A DNA stretch of 64,000 nucleotides from Octopus vulgaris (Eukaryota), in assembly GCA_951406725.2 (NCBI GenBank), contig OX597817.1, positions 150,226,001-150,290,000 of the forward strand, written 5' to 3'. Positions 1 through 12,285 of this stretch are shown here, in pieces. Below the pieces are notes generated by a model. It searched no databases. It saw only the letters and a program-made list of their open reading frames with translations, and was not told the origin of the DNA. Position numbers and translations under genes: made by a program. Positions within the stretch are counted from its first letter, which is position 1, and the number at the start of each line of letters is the position of its first letter.

Positions 1-120
1 CTCGTACACTGTTCACTTTCCAGACATTTATACATTACTGCATATGCTTTATACGCACTTTCGACAAGTTGTGGTGCACCTGAGCACTATATACAATAAT
101 TTCATTATTATTATTATTAT
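1..120 (+). mobile_element. CR1-like LINE 3' UTR with (ATT)n tail
   Basis: Near-identical to the 3' ends at 37830-38121 and 41161-41382; ends ...cacctgagcactatatacaataatttc(att)n. Confidence 0.7.
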
Positions 121-129
121 AATCCCCCT

Positions 130-1250
130 GACTGGAGAGCTGACCCAGATGCTTACAGCACAGTGGACTCCACTAAAGCCAACAAATGGCCAATTGTTCA
201 TATTAAACTAAGCAATGGATTAAGTCTACCACCCCAAAACAGAAATCGTTCAACAGGGCTTCTACATAGTTTCTATCTACTAAATTTCATTCACACAGCT
301 TTGGCTGCCTAATGGATGTGGCAGAAGATACTAGCCCAAGGTGTTGTGAAATTGAACCTGAGACCATGTAGTTATGAAGAAAACTTCTTAACCACACAGC
401 CATACTGATGATGTATGAAGTAACATAAAGACTCAATAAGATGTAACCGTTATTTATATCTTCCATTACCTTAAATATGATAAACATTGAAAGCAATTAG
501 TATGTAATCGAGTGATAAGTCTACATCTCTTTATAGTGGAGTTCACAGTTATGTGTTTCCATATTTTGGGCTAGAAATGAGAGGTTAAATAATTGGGTGA
601 ACATGAGAGCCAACTAAGAAGTGTTTAAAGGTGATGGCTGGAATGCCATTGTGAATAGTCACTTGGTTTCTGTTGAGAAATTGGCAGATTTGTTGTGCTT
701 TCGTAACTGAAGCTATATCTATGGAGAGAGAGAGAGAAGGAAGTTATGAGCAGAGTGAGAAGCAAAGCGAAAGGTAAATATATTGGCATTTGCAGTGGGT
801 GTTCTTTTCATAGACCCATCAGGGTTTGGCTGTTGTAGGTAGGGTGATGTAGTTGGCAGGAAACCAGAATGTATAACTGCAATTGGGAGAAAAAAGAAGA
901 AGAAAAATGTGGTAACATTTATTTTCCTGATGGTCTGTTTGTAAAATTAGCAACTGGATACCAAAGATTGATGGCTGGCTTTAGTGAGAAAAATATTCTG
1001 ATTTTGTTTGAACAGCAACAGAACATCTTTAACCAAGAACTTTGTTGATATTGGATTATAAAATCTCTGTAGGATATTTAGTTATTAGAATGGAAACAAT
1101 TTCTGTTGTAATTTTATCAATTTCTTGAATATCAGGTATGAAATATACCTGCTGTTGTTACATGAGTAGGCTGGAAAGAATTTGCTCAGATAAAAACATT
1201 TTGTTGTTACCTTTGTATATGAATCTGATGTCTTATTTGTCTTACGTGGT
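130..1250 (-). pseudogene. Degraded LINE reverse transcriptase fragment (Jockey/L2/CR1 group), interrupted by a SINE fragment at about 260-405
   Basis: Minus-strand peptides HNGIPAITFKH, IIFKVMEDINN and HQYG resemble the RT motifs PDGIPA..LK, SKVME.IIN and HQYGFR; many stops and frameshifts. Confidence 0.55.
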
Positions 1251-1449
1251 ACAGGCATGGCTTTGTGGTTTAAAAATTTAGTTCTTTTGTCATGTGTGGT
1301 TACAGGTTCAGTCCTACTGCATAGCATCTAGGACAAACATCTTCTGCTATAGTCCTGAGCCAATGATAGCCTTACAAGTCAATTTGATAGATGGAAATTC
1401 AAAGAAGCTTGTCGGGTGAGTGTGTGTGTGTGCAGATATGTATGTGCAC

Positions 1450-1483
<34 letters not shown>

Positions 1484-1529
1484 TGTGTACAGTGCTCAGG
1501 TGCACTACTGTTTGTGTGTATGTGTGTTC

Positions 1530-2345
1530 ATATGAATGTGTATGTGTATATATATATGTGTGTAGATATGTATGTATAAATAGATTTATATATGTGTGTA
1601 AGTATATATGTATAAATAGATTTATGTGTGTGTGTGTGTGTGTGTAGTGACTGGTCCCATGCTGGTTGCACGTAAAAAGCACCATTCGAGCATGATTGTT
1701 GCCAGTACCACCTGACTGGCCCTTGTGCCAGTAGCATGTAAAAAGCATCCACTACACTCTCGGAGTGGTTGGCATTAGGAAGAGTATCCAGCTGTAGAAA
1801 CTTTACCAGATCAGATTGGAGCCTGGTGCAGCCTTCTGGCTTGCCAGCCTGCAGTCAAATCGTCCAACCAATGCCAGCATGGAAAGCGGACGTTAAGTGA
1901 TGATGATGATGTGTGTAGAAATGTTTGTATAAATAGATTTATATATGTGTGTTGATATGTATGCATAAATAGATTTATATGTTTGTAGATATGTATAAAT
2001 AGATTTATATATGTGTGTAGGTATGCATGTATGAATAGATTTATGTGTGTGTAGATATGTATGTATAAATAGATTTATAGGTGTGTGTCGATATGTATGT
2101 ATGTATAATTTAGATTTATGTGTGTGTGAAGATATGTATACATAGATTTATGTGTGTGTAGATATGTATGTATAAATAGATTGATATGTATGTGTAGATA
2201 TGTATACATAGATTTATATGTGTATGTAGATATGTGTGTATAAATAGATTTATAGGTGTGTGTAGATATGTATAAATAGATTGATATATGTGTGTAGATA
2301 TGTATGTATAAATAGATTTATGTATGTATAAATAGTTTTATGTGT
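1530..2345. repeat. About 30-bp minisatellite (atatgtgtgtagatatgtatgtataaatagattt), split by an RTE tail at 1646-1911
   Basis: Unit visible roughly 20 times, on both sides of the insertion. Confidence 0.85.
1646..1911 (+). mobile_element. RTE-type LINE 3' end with (GAT)n tail
   Basis: ggttggcattaggaag..atccagctgtagaaac...catggaaagcggacgttaa(gat)n; more than 10 copies in the window, one joined to an RTE endonuclease fragment at 62040. Confidence 0.75.
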
Positions 2346-2576
2346 GTTTGTACTGTCTCTTCTTGACATCACATGATAGTTGTAAACAAGTATCCCTGTT
2401 ATACAAGCCAAGTCATTTGTTTCCAATATTTCTTGTAAACATATCCAGTCATGGGGAAATCTAACCTTGGCTGGACACAAGTGAGAGTTGCCAACAGGAA
2501 TTACAGCTGACCATAGAAAAATCTGCCTCAGCAAATTCCATTTGACCCATGCAAGCAAGGCAAAGTGGACATTATA

Positions 2577-2960
2577 GGCGTAGGAGTGGCTGTGTGGTAA
2601 GTAGCTTGCTTACCAACCACATGGTTCTGGGTTCAGTCCCACTGCGTGGCACCTTGGGCAAGTGTCTTCTACTATAGCCTCGGGCCAACCAAAGCCTTGT
2701 GAGAGGATTTGGTAGACGGAAACTGAAAGAAGCCCGTGGTATATATATATATGTGTGTGTGTGTGTTTGTTTGTGTGTCCCCCCAACATCGCTTGACAAC
2801 CGATGCTGGTGTGTTTACGTCCCCATAACTTAGCAGTTTGTCGAAAGAGACCGATAGAATAAGTACTAGGCTTCCAAAGAATAAGTCCTGGTGTCGATTT
2901 GCTCATCTAAAGGCAGTGCTCCAGCATGGCCGCAGTCAAATGACTGAAACAAGTAAAAGG
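2577..2960 (+). mobile_element. tRNA-derived SINE family A, full length
   Basis: A-box tggctgtgtgg, B-box ggttcagtcc, ccttgggcaag block, internal TA/TG microsatellite and tail tgactgaaacaagtaaaag; many copies. Confidence 0.85.
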
Positions 2961-3243
2961 GTAACATTTTGTCCATTCTTATATCCTGAGTTCAAATTTC
3001 GCTACGGTGAACGTTGTCTCTCATCCTTTCAAGGTCAATAAAGTAAGTACCAGTTGAAAACTGGGGGGGGGGGGGATCTGATGTAATCGACTTCCCCAAA
3101 CCCCATAGTTGCTGGCCTTGTGCCAAAATCAGTTAGTATAGTTAGCTGAGCATCAGATTAGAATATTTTTATGCTCTGAGTTCAAATCCCACCTGGGTCA
3201 GCTGTGCCTTTCATCTTTCAGTCAAATATTAGATTCTTCTTTC

Positions 3244-3286
<43 letters not shown>

Positions 3287-3545
3287 CTCTCTCTTTCTCA
3301 CACATACACACAGACAGAGAATTGATTATAATCAACTAGACAGTGGCTCTCAGAATACCTGAAAGAGGATAACAGGAAGCCAAGAAAATTCCATGACAAA
3401 TACATAGTGCTTGTCATGGAAGTGATTAAGGGTCGTTCATTGACTTGATGCTGCAGAGTAGAGAAGTCTGTGTTGTTTTAGACAAATTTACTGCATTAGT
3501 GTATCAGTGATCTCTTAAAATCTTATCAAATTAACATTAATATAC

Positions 3546-4065
3546 ATCATCATCATCATTGTTTAATATCTGCTTTCCATGCTGGCATGGATTGGAATGT
3601 TTGACTGGAGACTGGTAAGCCAGGAGGCTGTACCAAGCTCCAATCTGATTTGACAAGGTTTCTACAACTGGATGCCCTCCCTAATGCCAATCACTCTGAG
3701 AGTGTAGTGGGTGCTTTTTACATGCCATTGGCACGGGAGCCAGTCAGGCGGTACTGGCAACAATCATGGTCGAATGGTGCTTTTTATGTGCCACCGCCAC
3801 AGGAGCCAGTCAGGCAGTACTGGCATTGATCATGCTCGAATGGTGCTTTTTACATGCCTCCAGCATGGGAGCCAGTCAGGCAGTACTGGTATCAACAATG
3901 TTGGGATGGTGCTTTTTACATACCTCCAGCATGGGAGCCGGTCAAGCAGTACTGGCATTGACCACGCTTGAATGGTGCTTTTTATGTGCCAATGGCACAG
4001 GAGCCAATCAGGCAGTACTGACATCGACCACATTTGGATGGTGCTTTTTACGTGCCATCAGCACA
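3546..4065 (-). mobile_element. RTE-type 3' end with about six tandem copies of a ~59-bp unit (3710-4065)
   Basis: Repeated gtgctttttacatgcc..gggagccagtcaggcagtactggcat..; (CAT)n tail at left. Confidence 0.8.
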
Positions 4066-4525
4066 GTTTTACGTGCCTATGAATTCAAATGTATTTTGTA
4101 TATAACAATCTGTTACTTTTCAATATTACAGCTATGGGGCTATCTATGGTGGGAAGCTGGCAGAATTGTTAGCATGCCAGGCAAAGCACTTTGCAGCATT
4201 TCATCCATCTGAATGTTCTGAGTTCAAATTCTGCCAGGGTCAACTTTGCCTTTCATCTTTTCAAGGTCGATAATATAAGTACCAGTTGAGTACAAGGGTC
4301 GGTGTAATCAACATACCTCCTCCCCAAAATTTCTGGCCTTGTGCCAAAATTTGACCATGAAAGGATGAAAGGCAAAGTCGACCTTGGTGGAATTTGAACT
4401 CAGAATGTAAGGACAGATGAAATACCTATTTCTTTACTATCCACAAGGGGCTAAACACAGAGAGGACAAACAAGGACAGACAAACGGATTAAGTTGATTA
4501 TATCGACTCCAGTGAGTAACTGGTA

Positions 4526-5794
4526 CGAGGGGCGTTCAATAAGTAATGCCCCTGACCCACTTGCAGTTGTTTGATCTAGCTGAAATTTTGCATGTGCACT
4601 TATTTATACCTCTATAGATTAAGTGGCGAATTACAGCTCTGAACCAATTGTGGTTTCTGATTTACAGGTGTTTGAACTGAGTCAAGTGTGAAATGGAGCC
4701 TGTTGAGTGTCAAGCAGTGATCTGGTTTTTGTATTTGAAAGGACGCACACCACGGGGGACTTTTGATGAAATGAAAGTAACTTATGGTGATGATGCCCCA
4801 TCATATGACCTTGTAAAACGCTGGCATTGTGAATTCAAACATAGTCGGAACTCTGTGGAAACAGCTCCCACATCTGGTCGCCCCTTCTGCCGTTGATGAG
4901 ACGTCTGTCCGTCAAGTTGAGGCTGCCATTTTGGAAGGTCAACGCATAACTATTCGCCAAATAGCCCATAAGGTCAAGATTAGTACCGGGTCTGTGGAAA
5001 CTATCATTCATGACCATTTGCATATGCAAAAGGTGTCTGCCAGATGGATTTCCAGGTTGCTCACACCTTTCCAGAAGCAAGAACGCGTTGAGTGCTCGAG
5101 GATGAATTTGGAGATGTGCCAAGAAGATGAGTCAAAATTTTTCAAAAGACTGATCACACAGGATAAAACCTGGGTCCATCACTATGATCCATAGACCAAA
5201 GCCCAGTCAATGCTGTGAAAGCACCGTGACTCACCTCCTTCAAAGAAGGCAACGGTGCAGCCCTCCGCTGATAAGGTTATGCTCACAGTCTTCTGGGACC
5301 AGGACGGAGTAGTGATGACAGATTTCCTCACAAAGGGTACCACAATTACAGGAGCCTATTATGCTTCAGTTTTGAGGAAAGTAAGAGAAGCTATCAAAAT
5401 CAAGAGGCAGGGCAAGATCAGCAAAGGCATCCTCCTCCTGCAGGGCAACGCTCCGGTCCACAACTCGCATGTCGCCAGATCAGAAGCACAGGCATGCAGC
5501 TATGAACTCCTCCCCTTGCACCCTCTGATTTTCACCTCTTCCCAGCCATGAAGTTGACTTTGAAAGGAAAGCGTTTCCCAGATGATGCAGCCTTGATTTC
5601 TGAAGTCACGTCGTGGTTGGAGGACCAAGCTGGGGTCTTCTACAAAAACGGTCTCCAGAGCTGTATCAAACGATGGGAGAAATGCATAACTCTGGGTAGT
5701 TCCTATGTAGGAAAAGACTAATAACTGTGCCAAGTGTCGTTGCTCTACTGCTATGGGAAGTGGGTCAGGGGCATTACTTATTGAACGCCCCTCG
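4526..5794 (+). mobile_element. Full-length mariner transposon (1269 bp, possibly irritans-like), inactive
   Basis: Perfect 37-bp TIRs cgaggggcgttcaataagtaatgcccctgacccactt (4526-4562 and 5758-5794); TA TSD at 4524-4525 and 5795-5796. Confidence 0.95.
4693..5721 (+). pseudogene. Mariner DD34D-type transposase pseudogene
   Basis: MEPVECQAVI, SARWISRLL (WVPHEL motif), ITQDKTWVHHYDP, KVMLTVFWD, LLQGNAPVH (second catalytic D changed to G), PSDFHLFP; frameshifts, stops and YSPDL deleted. Confidence 0.92.
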
Positions 5795-5984
5795 TACTTA
5801 TTTAATCGACCCTGAAAGGATGAAAGGCAAAGTTGACTTTGGCGGAATTTGAACTCAAAACATAACGGCAGATAAAATACGGCTACGCATTTCATCCGGC
5901 GTGCTAACGTTTCTGCCAGCTCGCCACCTAATATGTTCCAAATATTAACATACTTCTGTATACCAAGAATAATGAATTGCAAAG

Positions 5985-6243
5985 AGTGCTGGAAAAGGAG
6001 CTAGTAATAGATGTAAAGAGAAATGGAATGAGCTGGCTGGACTATGTCCTGAAGAAAGATCAAAGTGATCAGGCCAGGTAAGACAAGTATTGGAAATGAA
6101 TGTGAAATGAAGAAGAGGAAGGGGAAGACCCAGAAAGACATGGTTAATGAAAGCAAGGGTTTGAGAAAGGGTCTTGTAGAAGATAGGACCAAATAGAAAA
6201 GATTTTCACAGGGCTTGTAGGGGAAAATGGCCTTAAAACACTG
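5985..6243 (+). mobile_element. RTE LINE C-terminal/3' fragment
   Basis: Peptide ..MSWLDYVLKK....RRGRGRPRKTW is typical of the RTE ORF end; inverted copy at 9608-9890. Confidence 0.65.
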
Positions 6244-6769
6244 GTTTATCAAAATCATATCAAAGTTGATTTTTGCTTTTCATACTCTAAAGATCAATAA
6301 AATAGGCTTGTTATTTAGCCCTCAAGCAACCCAATGACCAAAGGCATTCCAACTGTGACCACCTTGTCTTTTTATTATCTGGAACCACATTAACTAATGA
6401 AGGGAGTAGCTTGAGGGAGATTTGGTCACTACCAAATCTCCTTCAAATCACACTCTAAGGTCACTAAGTAATGTACTGAGATGAAAAATATAAGTCCTGT
6501 TCCACACATTTGTAATAATGTGAAAAATCAATGCAAATTACATTGGAGGCTGTTGTTATGTGTGATAGGAAATTTAGGTTTGTTTGAGAGTTGTGGTAAA
6601 TAACTAATATTGAGAGGGTCCTACAGGGGTCAAAGCTGTGGTGCTGCTGTAAAGATGGCATGAGGAAATGCTCTGTTAATAATTGAGAATTACTTGTGAA
6701 TAAATATAGAAAGTATAGACTTAGAGGTTTTATATAGGTTTTCAATTCTTTTTTAACCAAGTACATCAA

Positions 6770-7102
6770 AATAAAAATTTAAATGGAAATTGTAGTTAAG
6801 ACACCTGTGCCGGTGACACATAAAAAGCGCCACCTGACTGGCGTCTGTGTCGGTGACACGTAAAAGCATCAACCGATCGTGGCTGTTTGCCAGCCAGCTC
6901 TGGCCCCTGTGCCGATGGCACGTAAAAAACACCCACTACACTCATGGAGTGGTTGGTGTTAGGAAGGGCATCCAGCTGTAGAAACATTGCCAAATCAGAC
7001 TGGAGCCTGATGCAACCTACATGGCTTGACAGACCCTTGTCGAACCGTCCAACCCATGCTAGCATGGAAAACGGACGTTAACTGATGATGATGATGATGA
7101 TG
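6770..7102 (+). mobile_element. RTE-type 3' end
   Basis: Same tail family; closely similar to 29310-29662. Confidence 0.75.
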
Positions 7103-8254
7103 ACCTAAGTTATTGATCTTTTGAGATTTAAAAAAAAAACAAATCAATTGTTTCTTTTCCTGCATCATTCATTTTAGAAAGTCACTAAACTTGTAACCAA
7201 ACAATTATGGAGTGACATATTGGCATTAGTTCAAAGTAGTAGCTAATTTGGCACCATTTCAATTGTACAAAATAACTTCCAGTGTGGACTTACTAGATTC
7301 ACTTCTAGATTTTCTAAACTTACAAATCGTTCTGTGACGTAAAATGAAATTCTTATTTTCTGATCTTTCCAAGATTATTGGTTACTAAAATTAAATCTGA
7401 GTCAGTCCGACATGAGAATGTTTTCACTACATTTTTTTCAACTTCACCTCTATCTCTGTTGGATAGATCACATGAATAACTTACCTAAAACTGGGTTTGA
7501 ACTTCCTTCCTCCACAATCAAAAATGCCATAATTGTTGTGGTTTGTTCATGAATCTGGAATTTCAACAGGAGTGCTATATTTTACATGTTCTTCTTTCAA
7601 TAAATTATGAAGCTACAATATTTCAAAATGTTCTTAGATTGTTTCAGATAATTTGGTTAAAAAGTCACACCATTATTTATTTATTAAAAGCATTTCCTTC
7701 AGAACGTTAATATCAATAATAATGATTGAATTATTAATATATCCTTGTAACAGGGTGGTCAGCTGGCAGAATTATTGGCACACTGGACATTATATTTAGT
7801 GGTATTTCATCCATCTTTCTTCCTTTTGGGGTCAATAAATTAAGTACTGGTCGAGCACTGGGGGGTCAGTGTAATTGTTTTACCACTTTCCACAAAAATT
7901 ACTACTGGCCTTGTGCTAAAATTTGAAAAATATTTCCTTGTAGTGAGAATGTCTTGAAGTTAATATAAAACATTGCTTGAGTTTTATTTTAACTTCTTTT
8001 TTTTTTCTAATGTGAAATTGTATTGTATTTTTCACCAGTCTCAATCGTCAGATTTTGCCCATGCTGGAGCACTCTCTTCCAAGGTTTTAGCCAATCATAT
8101 CAACTCCAGTACTTACTTTAGTCTGGTACTTCTTTTATCAATCTCTATTTGTCAATTTTCTAAGTTAACTTTTAATGTAAAGAGAGGCAATCCAATGTAT
8201 AAGCCCCCCCACACTCACACATACACACGCTTGTGTGTGCATGAATATCTATAT

Positions 8255-8476
8255 TCTTTTACTCTTTCATTTGTTTCAGTCATTTGACTGTGGCCATGCT
8301 GGAGCACCACCTTTAGTCAAACAAATCGCCCCCAGGACTTATTCTTTGTAAGCCTAGTACTTATGCTATTGGTCTATTTTGCCAAACTGCTATGTTACAG
8401 GGATGTAAACAGATCAGCATCGGTTGTCAAGCGATGGTGGGGGGGACAAACACAGACAGACAACCCCCTCCACACA

Positions 8477-8559
<83 letters not shown>

Positions 8560-8718
8560 AGCTTCTTTCAGTTTCTGTCTACCAAATCCACTCACAAAGC
8601 TTTGGTTGGCCCAAGGTTATAGTAGAAGACACTTACCCAAGGTGCCACGCAGTAGGACTGAACCTGGAACCATGTGGTTGGTAAGGAAGCTACTTACCAC
8701 ACAGTCACTCCTGCGCCT
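8255..8718 (-). mobile_element. SINE family A
   Basis: Reverse complement of the 2577-2960 element. Confidence 0.85.
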
Positions 8719-9350
8719 ATATGTAGAGTAAGTGAATAAAACAATAGCATTTCTGACATTATATTATAATAAAATACATATTTTCATACTGAGACACATT
8801 GGGTTTCTGCAAATGTACTGCACTTGTGTATGTATGCAATGAGTATCTATGCAGTTTCCATCTCCTTAATTTTCCACTCCTAAAATACACTATAGATTGC
8901 AGGCGAGGGTTCTTGCTGATGGTGCCATACGGGGAAACTTGCCCAGAATCACATGGTTTATAAAGTGAACTTTTTAATCATCAGCTTTGCCTGTCCCTAC
9001 TGCACAAACATTTCCCCAAAATAGTTTTGCTAGTAATAGATAATGAATAAGCTAAAATATCTGTATGCCATTTCCTGTTGAATATTTCTTGTACAGGAAG
9101 GAAAATAAAGACATAAAATGATGACTTGTTGCTGTTATTGTTGTTGCTGAGTAGCCGTGATGATGTTTACTTCAGTAGATCTGCCACAAAGATAACTGAT
9201 TGAGGAATCAATTGATCAGTGTTTTAGCTGTAGACATTTTGACTTTGATGTAGGAATGTTGCAGTAATAAGCAGACTTCATTGTAAAAACAACTGAAGTA
9301 GTTTGATGAGGGAGAGTTAGCTGCAATATTGAACAGGTTGGGCAATTTAA

Positions 9351-9571
9351 CCCTTTTGTTACCAACCCGGCTGAAACCGGCTCTGGCTCTGAGTACAAAT
9401 GTCCTGTTTTCATAATTTTTGAATTAAAATCTTCCACCAAACCTTAGTCACACTTTATGTTCCTAACACTAGCTTAATAATAACTAAGTTATTTTACTAA
9501 ATTCTTTGTTATATTTAAAGTTAATTGAAAGAAACACAGAGCATCTCAAAATAAATACAGTAATGAAAGGG
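9351..9571. mobile_element. piggyBac-like MITE (221 bp)
   Basis: TTAA TSD at 9347-9350 and 9572-9575; termini cccttttgttac and gtaatgaaaggg. Confidence 0.85.
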
Positions 9572-9607
9572 TTAAATAGAGTATGAATTATTTGCTCATT
9601 CTTGTAT

Positions 9608-9890
9608 ATAAGTGTTTCAAGGCCATTTTTTCCCTACTAAATCATGCAAACCCTGTAAAAATCTTTCCTATTTTGCCCTATCTTCTACAAGGCCCCTTCT
9701 CAACCCTTTTGCTTTTATTAACCTTGTCCTTCTTGGTCTTCCCCTTCCTCTTCTTCATTTTGCATTCATTTCTGTCACTTCTCTCCCCTGGTCACATTCA
9801 TCTTTCTTCAGGACATGGTCCAGCGACCTCATTCCATTTCTCTTCACATCTGTCACTCACCCTGTTTCCACCATTCTTTGCAATTCACCT
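9608..9890 (-). mobile_element. RTE LINE C-terminal/3' fragment
   Basis: Reverse-complement homolog of 5985-6243. Confidence 0.65.
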
Positions 9891-10402
9891 CTCTTGCTAT
9901 CTTTTATCTTTATTTGTTTCAGTCATTAGACTGGGGCACCACCTTGAAGAATTTCAGTCAAGCGAATCCTCCACCCACCAGGACTTATTTTTTTTTAAAG
10001 CTTGGTGCAGTTTCTTGACCAAGACACTAAGTTACAGGGACATAAACAAATTAACACTGGTTGCCAAGCAGTAGTGGGGATCAAAGACACACACAAACAC
10101 ACAGGCATATGCACACACACACATCGTCGTCATCATCATTTAACATTTGCTTTCCATGCTGGCATGGGTTGAACAGTTTGACAGGAGCTGGTTCAGCAGA
10201 AGACTGCACCAGGCTTCAGTGACTGTTTTGGCATGGATTTTATGGTTGGATGCCCATGACAGACATCTTTTAGTTTCTGTCTACCGAATCCGCTCATAAA
10301 GATTTGGTTGGCTTCAGGCCACACCATGGGATGGAACCAAGAACTACATGGTTGGGAAGCAAAGTTCTTACCACACAGCCATGACTGAAGTATATTAATA
10401 TT

Positions 10403-10784
10403 CTTTTCTACTCTAGGCACAAGGCCCGAAATTTTTGGGGAGCGAGGCCAGTCAATTAGATCAACTAGTACGCAACTAGTACTTAATTTATCGACCCCAA
10501 AAAGATGAAAAGCAAATTCGACCTTAGCAGAATTTGAACTCAGAACATAAAGACAGACGAAATACCTATTTCTTTACTACCCACAAGGGGCTAAACATAG
10601 AGGAGACAAACAGATTAAGTTGATTACATCAACCCCAGTGCGTAACTGGTACTTTATTTATCAACCCCCGAAAGGATGAAAGGCAAAGTCGACCTCGGCG
10701 GAATTTGAACTCAGAACATAAAGACAGACAAAATACCACTAAGCATTTCACCCGGCATGCTAACGTTTCTGCCACCTCGCTGCC
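10403..10784 (-). mobile_element. SINE family B, partially dimeric
   Basis: Perfect 18-bp TSD ctgaagtatattaatatt at 10385-10402 and 10785-10802. Confidence 0.9.
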
Positions 10785-10885
10785 CTGAAGTATATTAATA
10801 TTGTGTGTGAAATAATCCAGATAGGTTGTTTAAACTGACACATCATAATCATCATCAGCAGCAGCATTTTAATGGCTACTTTTCT

Positions 10886-11220
10886 GTGCTTACATGGCTC
10901 AGTGGTTAGAGCATCGAGCTTACGATCGTGAGGTTGTGAGTTCAAATCTTGGACTGGGTTGCGTGTTGTGTTCTTGAGCAAGACACTTTATTTCACGTTG
11001 CTCCAGTTCACTCAGCTATAGAAATGAGTTGCAATGTCACAGGTGCCAAGCTGTATCGGCCCTTGCCTTTCCCTCCGATAACACTGGTGGTGTGGAGAAG
11101 GGAGGCCGGTATGCATGGACGACTGCTGGTCTTCCATAAACAACCTTGCCCGGACTTGTGCCTGGGAGGGCAACTTTCTAGGTGCAATCCCATGGTCAGT
11201 CATGACCGAAAGGGGTCTCA
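10886..11220 (+). mobile_element. tRNA-derived SINE family D
   Basis: tggctcagtggttagagc..gagttcaaatc head and ttgagcaagacact block; inverted partial copy at about 51965-52180. Confidence 0.8.
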
Positions 11221-11582
11221 GCATATGGATCAGATGAATCTATGCTGGAGTATTTTTTTTACAACCAGATTTCCTTCCTAGCATCAACTCTCAGCTGTTT
11301 CCAGGCCAGGTAATAAATTGTCCAGTGTATAAATAACAAACAGCTCAGACTTAATTACACAGAGAACTGGAAACAAACAACACCATTTCATTGTGTCTTT
11401 TGTTTCGTGAAGCTTGTGCAACATGTCGAGATGCCTGGACTGCAAACAAACAACATAGCTTGTATGGACAGTGATTCTTTTATTTACATTTGACACATAT
11501 TTGTCCTCATCTTGTTTGTTGTTAACACAGTGTTTCGGCTGATGTGAAATTTCGAACCTGGGTTCTCATTCCTAAGGTGGTG

Positions 11583-11639
<57 letters not shown>

Positions 11640-11733
11640 TCACTGCCTGGAATCAAACTCAGAATCTTGGGGTTATTAGCCCGCGCACTTAACCACTACA
11701 CCTGTGGGCAATTATGGAGTGAATTTTAGGGCT

Positions 11734-12120
11734 TATAAATCTAATATTTTCCTATCCTTCCTTAATACCGGTTCCCATATGCTACTCATATCTACACTCG
11801 GTCTGCTTAGAAAGTTGTATATGTACTGCTTCTTTTAGTTTTCGTATTTTCCAGTGGTGTTCTCTCTCTATTATTTTAACTTCGTCCCACTGGGGGAGGT
11901 GTCTCCATTTTTTCATACATGATCAGCTAGACTCGCTTTATCAATATCTCCTTGTGTCACAGTTTTGCGATGTTCGTCTACCTTTATTTTGATGAGGCGG
12001 CATGTTTCACCTTTGTATAACCTACGACAGCTGCATGGAGTGGAGTACACACAGTCGTTGGTCATATTCTCTTCTATTGGTGGTTTTACTCGAAGGAGAT
12101 ATTTGCAAAGTGTAAATATT
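11734..12120 (-). pseudogene. Penelope GIY-YIG endonuclease domain remnant
   Basis: CVYSTPCSCRRLYKGETCRLIKIKVDEHRK..KASLADHV, then after frameshifts WDEVKIIEREHHWKIRKLKEA..DMSSIWEPVLRKDRKILDL*. Confidence 0.88.
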
Positions 12121-12139
12121 TTTCTATTCCAGGCAGTAA

Positions 12140-12179
<40 letters not shown>

Positions 12180-12239
12180 TATAACAACAACATCGAAAAA
12201 TACCTTAGGAATGAGAAACCAGGTTCGAAATTTCCCCAA

Positions 12240-12285
12240 GACACTTGATGAAAGCTGGAGGGTATATCAGCTGAAATGTTGTGTT
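12240..12285 (+). ncRNA. Degenerate minimal type I hammerhead ribozyme motif in the PLE pseudo-LTR
   Basis: gacac-tTGATGA-a-agctg/cagct stem II-GAAA-tGTT-gtgtt; C3 is mutated. Confidence 0.6.

Larger units (their letters stand above)
4357..5928 (-). mobile_element. tRNA-derived SINE family B, split by the mariner insertion
   Basis: Removing 4526-5796 restores the SINE sequence gtaactggTActtatttaatcgaccc; head ggcgagctggcagaaacgttagcacgccgg at the right end. Confidence 0.85.

Noticed and set aside
2572-3041. Recurrent ORFs such as IVEDTCPRCHAVGLNPEPCGW and FLQLDALPNANH
   Set aside because: Translations of SINE A and RTE tails, repeated on both strands
3710-4065. CRISPR-like periodicity
   Set aside because: Contiguous tandem units without unique spacers, eukaryotic context and no cas genes
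7485-7613. Possible minus-strand exon with a tag/GTAAGT donor
   Set aside because: Short, ambiguous frame, unrecognised peptide and no partner exons
9175-9336. Possible 5' UTR exon for the PRMT gene
   Set aside because: Only weak AG/GT signals; not supportable without transcripts
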